A DNA stretch of 64,000 nucleotides from Candidatus Choladousia intestinavium (lineage in GTDB: Bacteria; Bacillota; Clostridia; Lachnospirales; Lachnospiraceae): positions 399 through 64,398 of the forward strand of contig DVGK01000112.1 in NCBI GenBank assembly GCA_018712785.1, written 5' to 3'. The notes beneath the pieces are model-generated. The model saw nothing but the letters and a program-made list of their open reading frames with translations, was not told where the DNA came from and did no database searches. The first letter of the stretch is position 1. Each line of letters begins with the position of its first letter. A program made the translations under genes and the position numbers. Shown here one piece after another: positions 55,112 through 63,795 of this stretch.

Positions 55112-55732
55112 ATGGACGAAAGAAAAAGGAGGCCTGCGCCTACAATTTATCAGGGATACCAGGATGAAGAAAGCACCCGGAGGCCTTCGGCGGAGCGGCC
55201 GGGAAGTATGCGTGAATTCAGGCCTTCGGCGGAAGGGGCAGGGCGCTCCCGGGAAACCAGGGCTGCAGCGGAGCGGCCAGAAAGCAGCCGAAGAACCGGA
55301 AGTACGGCGGCAAGGCCAGAAAGTAATCGGGGAACCGGAAGTACAGCGGCAAGACCGGAAAGCGGCCGGGAAACCAGGGCTGCAGCGGAGCGGTCAGAAA
55401 GCAGCCGGGGAACCAGAGCTTCGGCGGAGCGGACAGGAGCTCCGCGAAGGTCAGGAACGGCGGCACAGCAGCGGGCAGCGCGGAGCGAAGCTGAGAGAGG
55501 GAGCCGCCGGGAAGCTCCTGTCAGAAAAAGAAAGCGTTCCTATGAGGATCAGGCAGCTATGCGGGGACTTTCCATCGCTTTGGTGATCCTGGTGATTCTT
55601 TTAGTGGCAGCGATTATCTATGAAGTGGTATTGGGGAACGGCACCAAGGCTACGGGATCCCAGCGGATGGAATCAGAGAGTCAGGTGACGCTTTTGGAGG
55701 AAGAAGAGCCGGAGGTATACGGCGAAGCATGA
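55112..55732 (+). CDS. Single-pass membrane protein with Arg/Glu/Ser-rich tandem-repeat cytoplasmic N-terminus
   Basis: Repeats of the type AAERPESSR(R/G)TGST, then one TM (LSIALVILVILLVAAIIYEVVL), then a short acidic tail. Confidence 0.6.
   Translation: MDERKRRPAPTIYQGYQDEESTRRPSAERPGSMREFRPSAEGAGRSRETRAAAERPESSRRTGSTAARPESNRGTGSTAARPESGRETRAAAERSESSRGTRASAERTGAPRRSGTAAQQRAARSEAERGSRREAPVRKRKRSYEDQAAMRGLSIALVILVILLVAAIIYEVVLGNGTKATGSQRMESESQVTLLEEEEPEVYGEA
55251..55440 (+). repeat. Nested in-frame tandem repeats (about 117-nt period with 39-42-nt sub-repeats)
   Basis: GGGAAACCAGGGCTGCAGCGGAGCGG(C/T)CAGAAAGCAGCCG occurs at 55251-55290 and 55368-55407. CCAGAAAG.A..CG.GGAACCGGAAGTAC.GCGGCAAG sub-units lie in between. 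Confidence 0.85.
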
Positions 55733-55771
55733 GGCCTCTCTGACACAGGAGGGGAGAAGGAGTAGGTTTCT

Positions 55772-57259
55772 ATGGATGACAGAGATTTGAAAATGCAGCA
55801 GAGAAGGGCAAGAAGACGGAAAAATGAGCTTATCATGAAATGCCTGATCTCTCTTTTTATTTTAATTGTGGTATTTTTGCTGGCGGTGCTGACCAGGGAG
55901 GCTATCGTTCCGGGAGTCAGGGGACTGATGGAGGCCAGAAACCAGGAGAGCCGGGGAGATTCGCAGGGAAGCGGTTCCCAGGGTGATGAAAACACCGGCA
56001 CTCTGGAACAGGAGTCTGAGGCGGCAGAAGAGGAACAGGGGACTTCCGATAATGTAGAGGAGCTGATTGCTCAGGCGGATCTTATGGCGGCACAGTATGA
56101 TTACGATGGAGCTATCTCCCTGCTTCAGTCCAGCAGCGCCTACACAGGCAGCCAGGAGATGCAGGACGCGGTAGCGGGCTATCAGGCCACCAAGGCCACC
56201 TGCGTGGCTTATCCGGTAGATCAGATCACCCATGTGTTTTTCCATACCATGATCGTGGATCCCTCAAAGGCATTTGACGGAGATTCCAAGGAAGCGGGCT
56301 ACAATCAGGTCATGACCACCATGAGTGAGTTCGCTGCCATAATGGAGTCCATGTATGAAAAGGGATATGTTATGGTAAGTCTTCATGATATGTGTACGGT
56401 AAACGAGGACGGCACCGTGTCTCAGGGAGAGATTTTGCTTCCTCCCGGAAAGATCCCCTTCGTCCTCTCCCAGGACGATGTCAGCTATTATCACTATATG
56501 GACGGAGACGGTTTTGCCCAGAAGCTGATCCTGGATGAGAACGGAGAGGTGAAGAACATGTACGTGGAGGATGACGGCAGTGTTTCCGTGGGAGACTACG
56601 ATATGGTTCCCTGGATTGACAGTTTTGTGGAGGAGCATCCGGATTTTTCCTATCACGGACATAAAGGAATCATTGCCCTCACCGGCTATGAGGGAGTTCT
56701 GGGCTACAGAACCGATGAGGTGTACCGGACTAAGGACCCGGAGAGAGTTACCGAGTACCAGCAGAAATTTTTTGACGAGAATCCGGATTTTGATGAAGCC
56801 GCATGGCAGAATGAGGTAGACCAGGCTACGGCTGTAGCCAATGCCATGAAGGAGAATGGCTGGGAATTCGCCAGCCATACCTGGGGCCATATCTCTCCGA
56901 AGGACCGGGGGCTTGAGGTGACTCAGACAGATACCCAGCGGTGGAAGGAGAATGTAGCCACTATTGTAGGAGAGACGGATGTGATTATCTTCGCCTTCGG
57001 GGCGGATATCGGCGATTGGGAGCCTTATACCTCGGATAACGAGCTTTTTGCCTATTACAAAGAGCAGGGCTTTAATATCTACTGCAATGTAGACGCTTCC
57101 TCTGCCTACTGGGTGCAGTTTGGCTCCAACTACATGCGCCAGGCCCGGAGAAATCTGGATGGCTACCGGATGTACTATAATCCGGAGCTGATTTCCGATC
57201 TTTTCGATGTGGATGCCGTGTGGGACAGCAGCCGGCCTACGCCGGTGCCGGAAATGTGA
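55772..57259 (+). CDS. Membrane-anchored polysaccharide deacetylase-family (NodB/CE4-like) protein
   Basis: N-terminal TM, then FVLSQDDVSYYH (DD motif), ALTGYEGVLGYR and FASHTWGH motifs. Confidence 0.75.
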   Translation: MDDRDLKMQQRRARRRKNELIMKCLISLFILIVVFLLAVLTREAIVPGVRGLMEARNQESRGDSQGSGSQGDENTGTLEQESEAAEEEQGTSDNVEELIAQADLMAAQYDYDGAISLLQSSSAYTGSQEMQDAVAGYQATKATCVAYPVDQITHVFFHTMIVDPSKAFDGDSKEAGYNQVMTTMSEFAAIMESMYEKGYVMVSLHDMCTVNEDGTVSQGEILLPPGKIPFVLSQDDVSYYHYMDGDGFAQKLILDENGEVKNMYVEDDGSVSVGDYDMVPWIDSFVEEHPDFSYHGHKGIIALTGYEGVLGYRTDEVYRTKDPERVTEYQQKFFDENPDFDEAAWQNEVDQATAVANAMKENGWEFASHTWGHISPKDRGLEVTQTDTQRWKENVATIVGETDVIIFAFGADIGDWEPYTSDNELFAYYKEQGFNIYCNVDASSAYWVQFGSNYMRQARRNLDGYRMYYNPELISDLFDVDAVWDSSRPTPVPEM

Positions 57260-57512
57260 CAAAAATATGAATTTTTGTTAATTTTTCTGAAGACAGAAAT
57301 ACGTATTTTACTTGATTTCAAAGGGGAACTATAGTAAAATAAGTCTGTTATTTTGTAACATATCGTTAATAGCATGCTCTGGAAGATAGTTGCAGATTGA
57401 CGAAAGAGTCGTTTAACGCTATGATTGAACGGAAAAACGGACGGGATCTTTCTTGAAAGCGGAAAAACAGAAAGAGAAAACCGTATGAGAAAAAGAATAA
57501 AGGATTGATAAA

Positions 57513-58829
57513 ATGGAAATAGCAGTAGCGGGTACAGGATATGTAGGGCTGGTGACCGGCGTATGCCTCGCCAGTAAGGGACATCATGTGACGTGTGTGG
57601 ATGTGGATGAGCAGAAGCTGGCAATGCTGAATGAAGGCAGGACACCTATCTATGAGCCGGGACTTCAGGAGCTGATGGAGGAGAACCGGGAGAGGCTGAC
57701 CTTTACCGCTGATTACGGGAAGGCGTATCAGAAAGCGGAAGTGATTTTCATTGGCGTGGGGACGCCTGAGAAAAAGGACGGTTCCGCGAATCTGACCTAT
57801 GTATATAAGGTGGCGAAGCAGATCGCGGAATCTGTATGCCGAGACTGCGTGGTAGTGATCAAATCTACGGTTCCCATCGGAACCAACGATAAGATTGAAG
57901 CCTATATTAAGAACCATCTGAAGAATGATATAAAGATCTGGGTGGCATCGAATCCCGAGTTTCTTTCCCAGGGAACGGCAGTCCGGGATACGCTTCACGC
58001 CTCCAGAATTGTTATCGGTGTGGAGAATCCGGAGGCAGCCCGGATTCTGGAGGAGGTATACAAAGATTTCGAAGCGTACAAGCTGGTGACGAACCGGCGC
58101 AGCGCTGAGATGATCAAGTATGCTTCCAACGATTTTCTGGCGCTGAAGATTTCTTACGTAAACGAGATTGCCAATCTCTGTGAGATCGTAGGGGCAGACA
58201 TCCAGGATGTGACCAGAGGCATGGGGTTTGACGCCAGAATCGGAGACCGGTTCCTAAACGCGGGGATCGGCTACGGAGGTTCCTGTTTTCCTAAGGATAC
58301 TAAGGCTTTAAGCTGGCTGGCCAGCTTTAATGACAATGAACTCAAGACCATCAAGGCTGCCATAGAGGTGAACGAGAGCCAGAAGGTGAAATTATACAAA
58401 AAGGCACGTAAGTATTACGAAGATTTCTCAGATCTGACGGTGGCTGTCCTGGGTCTGACCTTCAAGCCGGGAACAGATGATTTAAGGGAAGCGCCTTCTC
58501 TTGTAAATATACCGCTGTTTCTGGAGGACGGAGCCAGGGTGAAGGCATGGGATCCTGTGGGAGTGCCCAACTACCGGAAGCTTTATCCGGACGAGATTCT
58601 GTACTGCGCTACCATTGAAGAGACTCTGCAGGACGCGGATCTCTGCCTGATCTTCACAGAGTGGGAAGAAGTGAAGAATCTGGATGTCTCTGTGTTTGAA
58701 AAGTATATGAAACGGCCCATCGTGCTGGATGGGCGGAACTGCTATGATCTGGATGCCTTCCGTGACACCCACATTTTATATGAGTCTATTGGAAGACCGG
58801 TGATCGATTACTTATATCTGGAAAAATAA
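57513..58829 (+). CDS. ugd: UDP-glucose 6-dehydrogenase
   Basis: IAVAGTGYVGLVTG Rossmann N-terminus, GGSCFPKD catalytic Cys motif, GLTFKPGTDDLREAPS. Confidence 0.94.
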   Translation: MEIAVAGTGYVGLVTGVCLASKGHHVTCVDVDEQKLAMLNEGRTPIYEPGLQELMEENRERLTFTADYGKAYQKAEVIFIGVGTPEKKDGSANLTYVYKVAKQIAESVCRDCVVVIKSTVPIGTNDKIEAYIKNHLKNDIKIWVASNPEFLSQGTAVRDTLHASRIVIGVENPEAARILEEVYKDFEAYKLVTNRRSAEMIKYASNDFLALKISYVNEIANLCEIVGADIQDVTRGMGFDARIGDRFLNAGIGYGGSCFPKDTKALSWLASFNDNELKTIKAAIEVNESQKVKLYKKARKYYEDFSDLTVAVLGLTFKPGTDDLREAPSLVNIPLFLEDGARVKAWDPVGVPNYRKLYPDEILYCATIEETLQDADLCLIFTEWEEVKNLDVSVFEKYMKRPIVLDGRNCYDLDAFRDTHILYESIGRPVIDYLYLEK

Positions 58830-58862
58830 GAAAGAATACGAAGAAGCCTTTGGAGGAACAGG

Positions 58863-59828
58863 ATGAAGCTGATTATACAGATACCGTGCTACAATGAGGC
58901 GGAGACCCTTGAGATTGCTCTCAATGACCTGCCTAAGCATATAGATGGAATCGATGAGATCGAATACCTGATTATCAATGACGGAAGCCGGGACAACACC
59001 GTAGAGGTGGCGAAGAACTGGGGCGTCAATTATGTGGTGAATTTTAAGCAGAATAAGGGACTGGCCAAGGGCTTTATGGCGGGGCTGGATGCCTGCCTGC
59101 GGAACGGTGCCGACATTATCGTAAATACAGACGCGGATAATCAGTATGTGGGGGAGGATATCGAGAAGCTGGTCCGGCCGATCCTGGAAGGGAAAGCGGA
59201 TATGGTTATCGGTGAACGCCCCATTGACCAGACAGAGCACTTCTCGCCTTTGAAGAAGAAGCTGCAGCATTTTGGAAGCTGGGTGGTGAGAAAAGCCTCC
59301 AAAACCGATATTCCTGACGCGCCCAGCGGTTTTCGGGCATACAGCAGGGAGGCAGCCATGCGGATGAACGTGGTAAATGAGTATACGTATACTCTGGAGA
59401 CCATTGTGCAGGCAGGGCGGAATAAGATCCCTCTTATGTCGGTGCCTATCCGCACCAACGGAGAGCTTCGCCCCTCCAGACTGTTCAGCAGCATGTTCGG
59501 CTATGTGAAGAAGTCCATGCTGACTATTATCCGGGCTTTTCTTATGTATAAGCCCCTGATGTTTTTTACCTCTCTGGGAAGCATTATGAGCCTTATCGGG
59601 GTAATCCTGGGCGTGCGTTTTCTGTTTTACTATTTTGGCGGCACGGGAGCCGGCCATATCCAGTCTCTGATTCTTGCCAGCATGATGATTATCCTTGGAG
59701 TGATGACGGTTATCGTGGGCCTTCAGGGCGATATTATCGCGGCGAACCGAAAGCTTTTGGAAGATATTCAGTACCATGTGCGGAGGCTTGATTATGACAA
59801 TCAGGAGAAGAAGGATGAAGCAGAGTAA
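58863..59828 (+). CDS. GtrB/ArnC/DPM1-like family-2 glycosyltransferase with two C-terminal TM helices
   Basis: IIQIPCYNEAETL, IINDGSRDNT and VNTDADNQY (DxD) motifs, with two C-terminal TM helices. Confidence 0.85.
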   Translation: MKLIIQIPCYNEAETLEIALNDLPKHIDGIDEIEYLIINDGSRDNTVEVAKNWGVNYVVNFKQNKGLAKGFMAGLDACLRNGADIIVNTDADNQYVGEDIEKLVRPILEGKADMVIGERPIDQTEHFSPLKKKLQHFGSWVVRKASKTDIPDAPSGFRAYSREAAMRMNVVNEYTYTLETIVQAGRNKIPLMSVPIRTNGELRPSRLFSSMFGYVKKSMLTIIRAFLMYKPLMFFTSLGSIMSLIGVILGVRFLFYYFGGTGAGHIQSLILASMMIILGVMTVIVGLQGDIIAANRKLLEDIQYHVRRLDYDNQEKKDEAE

Positions 59829-62800
59829 ATATACTGCCGGGATCATTCAGCTTTTGGCTGTGGCGGTTCTGGCAGGTTTGTCAGTTTATACAGCGTTGAA
59901 TACAGGAATCCTGTCCAATCTGGGACAGGAGGAGATTTATTGGGAACGGGCCAGATTTCTGCTGGGACAGGGCGGCGCTTCGAACTATAACGGAAGCTCT
60001 CTCTGCTCCCTGGGGTACAGTCTGGTGCTGGTTCCCATTTGTGCGATTTTAAAAAGTCCATATGCGGCATATAAGGCAGCGATTTTGTTAAACGGCGGTT
60101 TCCTTTGTCTTGGCTACCTTCTGTCTGTGAAGACAGCCAGGAAGCTGTTTGCGGAGGAAAAGACGGTCTTTCTTTCGGCTGCCTGCTTTTTTGCGTCTCT
60201 CTGTCCGGCTCTGGCAGCTTCCAGAAGCTTTACGGGACCGGAGATGCTGCTGGCGCTGCTGGTATGGCTTTCCCTTTACCTGCTGCTTTCCATTAAGGAG
60301 AACTGCACCAGCGGGAAGCTGGCGGGGCTGGCCGCCTGCATGATCCTGGGAGGCTTTCTGCAGATCGCTTTCCTTGGCGTGATTTTGGCGGCGGTGATCC
60401 TTCTGGGGATTTATGTAAAGAAAAAAAGGGTGGCAGAAACCTCCTTTCTGTATTTCTGCCTTGCCGTCCTTTTGGGACTGGCCCTGGGAAATATAGCGGA
60501 ACGTGTTTTTCTGTACAGCTTCGCGAAGGATATGGACATTACGGTGACTTCCTCTCTGGAGCTGTTTTTGGACAGCCTGATGACCGGCTGGGAGAATAAT
60601 TATCTTCTGGGAGTCTTCAGAGGCTTATGCGGCAAGCTGTACGCTCTGCTGGCAGGGAGCTTTCTTCTGCTGGCTCCGGGACTGTGGCACTGTATCAAAG
60701 GCCTGTTTCCGGGACGGGATACAAAGGCAGCTAGAAAAAGACAGATTTTCTGCCCGGAGGTGTTTCTGTTCTTTGCCCTTGAGCTGCTGGTGATCGTTCT
60801 CTATGACAATTCCAGGAGCACGGCGGTGGCTCTGATTTCTGTGAATTATGTGGAGGTGGCGCTGCCTCCCATGCTTCTTCTGGGGGCAGTTCAGATCAGA
60901 AGGACGGCCTGCTGGGTAAAAGAGCTGACCGGGTACCTTCTGACCCTGTGCGTCTGCGCGCTTGTCACGGCAAATCTTTATCAGACCCAGGGAATCACCA
61001 GTATTTCTTCCACCAACAATGGAATTCTCATGCTGTTCCAGGACTGGGGTATGACGCCTGTGGCGGTGATTTACGGATCTGCCTGTCTGGTGATCCTTGC
61101 GGCCATCCTGGTGTGCTTCTGCGTTAAGAGCAGCCTGAAACGGAAGTGGATGAATCGTGCGTTCAGGGCTGTGGGGTTCCTGGGAAGCGCCGGATGCTTC
61201 CTGGTATTCGGTCTTCTGGTGTGCAGGCATACGGCAGTGCATGCGAATGAAAGCAATACCAGGAATATCGCGCCCATCGCTTCTGTGATCTCTGAGACAA
61301 AGACCCAGGGGGATTACCATTATCTTATGGGAACAGGAAGCGACCAGAATCTGTCGATTCTTCAGTCTCTTGCGCCGGAACAATGGATTCAGATGGAAAA
61401 GAATAATGGCAAAGAGCGGGCGGAATTTTACGAAGAGGTACGGAGCGGGGAAAAATCCGCGGACGTGATTATCACGGGAACCGGCGAAAGCCTCATTGAA
61501 GAAACCATGCCGGATGAACTTCCGGATTATCGGCTGATTTATATGACCACAAGCTACGCCATCTGGGCAAGGCGGGGCAGCGAGAAGGAGCAGAGTCTGG
61601 AAGAAACGGTTTCCGGACGCCTTCAGTATCTGGAGCTCCGCAGCGTGTCAGAACTGCAGGCGGAGCTGCCCTCTGACGAAGAGGTGGAGCAGGAGAATCA
61701 GGACGCGGAAGCAGCGACAGAGGCAGCCGCGGAAGACCAGGAAGAAGAGCTGCCCGGAAATGATTCTCAGAATCAGGTAGATGGAGCGATTGGAGATGAA
61801 CTCTCAGCGGAGGAGGAAACGGAAGCAGATGCAGAGGAAGGAGCAGAAGCGGACGGCCTCGCAGGAGAGGACGCGGAAGAAGCAGAAGCGGACGGCATCA
61901 TAGGAGAGGACGCGGAAGAAGCAGAAGCGGACGGAATCCTGGGAGAGAATGCGGAAGCGGATGCGGAGGAAGCTGCGGAAGAAGAGACTGAAGAGGCAGC
62001 CGAGACAGAAAACCAGTCAGAGGAGAATGGATCGGCGCTTTCAAGTCAGAGAAAAACGTACGGAGGCAGAACGTATCTGGCTCCGGGAACTTACCGGATA
62101 GAGATTTATTTCAGAAGACTGGACTCTGAAGAAGGTCTTACCGGCCAGATCCGTCTGTCTGACTCTAATGGAACCATTATTACAGAAAAGACGGATGATG
62201 GTATTTTCGACGCAGGAGATACGGGAGCCGTAGTCGTGGAATTTACGAATCGGGATGTCATGCGGAATTTCCGGGTAGTGATCAGCGGGACTCTGGCAGG
62301 ACATACCGAGGTTACAGACATTTATTACTGGAAGACGTCTTCTGCCTACACAGTAGGTCTGAACGGGAACAACGGAACCGACGCCCCCTGTGAGGCGATT
62401 CAGGAGGTAGAGGCGCTCTGCGAAAATCAGGGAACAGTAGCTTATGTGGGCGATGTGATGACGGACAGCAGCGACCTCTCGACGAGATGCTTCGAAGCGG
62501 GGCTGCCGGGATATACTGTGGAGGTAATCTCCAAAGAAGAGTCGGAGAGCACAGAGGCCACGTATCTGATCGGGCCTACAGCGTCCCACTCCTACTATTA
62601 CGCTATGGAGGACTATTCTGTCATTGACAAGACCAGGTTCTACACCGTGCTGGTTCGCAATGACTCTGAACAGTATGAGAAGTTCACAGAAAACGGCGGT
62701 ACGATTCTTTCGGAAGGAAGAGAACTGCTGGCAGCGGCCTTCACAGATGAGGAAACAGCCTCCGGCCCCATTGCCCTGGACGCGGGAAGCTATATCTTCC

Positions 62801-63795
62801 GAGGAGAAATCCAGGATCAGGCAGGAACTGGCGCAGTGGTGCAGGTGAAGAACGGAGAAGAGATCCTGGCAGAGCAGGAGCTGAGTGGAAGAACTGTGGA
62901 GATTCCCTTTGCCCTTCCGGAAAGATGCATTCAGCTTTCCTGTACAGTCCGCACAGAGGACGGCGAGACTCTGGACGTGACAGACTGGAGCATAGAGCTG
63001 ACCTCAGAAAAGTATCAGTTCGGACAGGAAGAGGAAGAACTGGACAGCCTCCTTGATATCATCAACGACCTGGGGCAGGGAGTAACAGTAGCTGCGGTTC
63101 AGGAACTGGACAAGATCAAAGAAGAGGATACGCAGTACGACTATCTTCAGGAGCAGCTTCCGGATGCCGAAGTAGAAGTGAGAAGCTTTACTGAAGCGAA
63201 TAATGCGGCAGATGATCCTCTGCTGCTGACCTGCGGGCTTTCAGAAAACTATTTACGTCTGCTGGGCAAGTACTGCATTCTGGGACATGCGGGACAGTAT
63301 ACCCTCTGGGCCAGATGTGAAGGAGAAAATGTGCAGAAGGCCATGGAAAACGGTGTGGAGATCTTAAGCAGCGCAAAGAAAATCTCACCGGCAAGCCTTA
63401 TGGCAGTAACAGGAACGGAGAATGAGACAGAAGCGATTGCGGAACTGCCGGAGGCAGTATATAATGTATACCTAGAGGTAGATGTATCGGACCTTGAGAA
63501 GGATGACACCATAGAATTCATGCTTCTGTGTGATAAGACAGAGGAAGAGATCGAAGATGAAATCCAGGAATTGGAAGATACAGGATATACCAGGAGAGAA
63601 GCCGAGGAAGAAGTAGAAGAGCAGGTAGTCTGCGGAAGCGCTACGTATGAGGCTTATGGACTGGACGGAGAGAATGAAATGGTGTATGCGATTCGGACGA
63701 ATCAGAGCAGGCAGCTGCTGAATCTGACGGTGGACGCGTATACCTGGACGGCAAATGCAGTGGAGAGTGAGATTATATGGGTGGAGATAGTATAA
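59815..63795 (+). CDS. 1326-aa fusion: N-terminal GT-C (ArnT/PMT_2-like) polytopic domain + about 800-aa extracytoplasmic region of unknown fold
   Basis: ATG 59815 (after AGGAGAAGAAGG) overlaps the GT2 stop by 14 nt. There are about 13 TM segments up to roughly residue 510, with an EEIYWERARFLL first-loop acidic motif. An acidic repeat linker and long non-repetitive soluble domains follow. Confidence 0.7.
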   Translation: MKQSKYTAGIIQLLAVAVLAGLSVYTALNTGILSNLGQEEIYWERARFLLGQGGASNYNGSSLCSLGYSLVLVPICAILKSPYAAYKAAILLNGGFLCLGYLLSVKTARKLFAEEKTVFLSAACFFASLCPALAASRSFTGPEMLLALLVWLSLYLLLSIKENCTSGKLAGLAACMILGGFLQIAFLGVILAAVILLGIYVKKKRVAETSFLYFCLAVLLGLALGNIAERVFLYSFAKDMDITVTSSLELFLDSLMTGWENNYLLGVFRGLCGKLYALLAGSFLLLAPGLWHCIKGLFPGRDTKAARKRQIFCPEVFLFFALELLVIVLYDNSRSTAVALISVNYVEVALPPMLLLGAVQIRRTACWVKELTGYLLTLCVCALVTANLYQTQGITSISSTNNGILMLFQDWGMTPVAVIYGSACLVILAAILVCFCVKSSLKRKWMNRAFRAVGFLGSAGCFLVFGLLVCRHTAVHANESNTRNIAPIASVISETKTQGDYHYLMGTGSDQNLSILQSLAPEQWIQMEKNNGKERAEFYEEVRSGEKSADVIITGTGESLIEETMPDELPDYRLIYMTTSYAIWARRGSEKEQSLEETVSGRLQYLELRSVSELQAELPSDEEVEQENQDAEAATEAAAEDQEEELPGNDSQNQVDGAIGDELSAEEETEADAEEGAEADGLAGEDAEEAEADGIIGEDAEEAEADGILGENAEADAEEAAEEETEEAAETENQSEENGSALSSQRKTYGGRTYLAPGTYRIEIYFRRLDSEEGLTGQIRLSDSNGTIITEKTDDGIFDAGDTGAVVVEFTNRDVMRNFRVVISGTLAGHTEVTDIYYWKTSSAYTVGLNGNNGTDAPCEAIQEVEALCENQGTVAYVGDVMTDSSDLSTRCFEAGLPGYTVEVISKEESESTEATYLIGPTASHSYYYAMEDYSVIDKTRFYTVLVRNDSEQYEKFTENGGTILSEGRELLAAAFTDEETASGPIALDAGSYIFRGEIQDQAGTGAVVQVKNGEEILAEQELSGRTVEIPFALPERCIQLSCTVRTEDGETLDVTDWSIELTSEKYQFGQEEEELDSLLDIINDLGQGVTVAAVQELDKIKEEDTQYDYLQEQLPDAEVEVRSFTEANNAADDPLLLTCGLSENYLRLLGKYCILGHAGQYTLWARCEGENVQKAMENGVEILSSAKKISPASLMAVTGTENETEAIAELPEAVYNVYLEVDVSDLEKDDTIEFMLLCDKTEEEIEDEIQELEDTGYTRREAEEEVEEQVVCGSATYEAYGLDGENEMVYAIRTNQSRQLLNLTVDAYTWTANAVESEIIWVEIV
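61843..61959 (+). repeat. In-frame 39-nt tandem repeat (AEADG.xGEDAEE x about 2.8) in the giant protein linker
   Basis: The GCAGAAGCGGACGGC..C...GGAGAGGACGCGGAAGAA unit starts at 61843, 61882 and 61921. Confidence 0.9.

Noticed and set aside
55164-55586. Alternative-frame ORFs within the repeat protein gene (140 aa plus strand, and 82 aa minus strand at 55218-55466).
   Set aside because: They stay open only because the GC-rich tandem repeat lacks stops in several frames. The frame starting at 55112 is the only one that continues into a TM helix and has a plausible start context.
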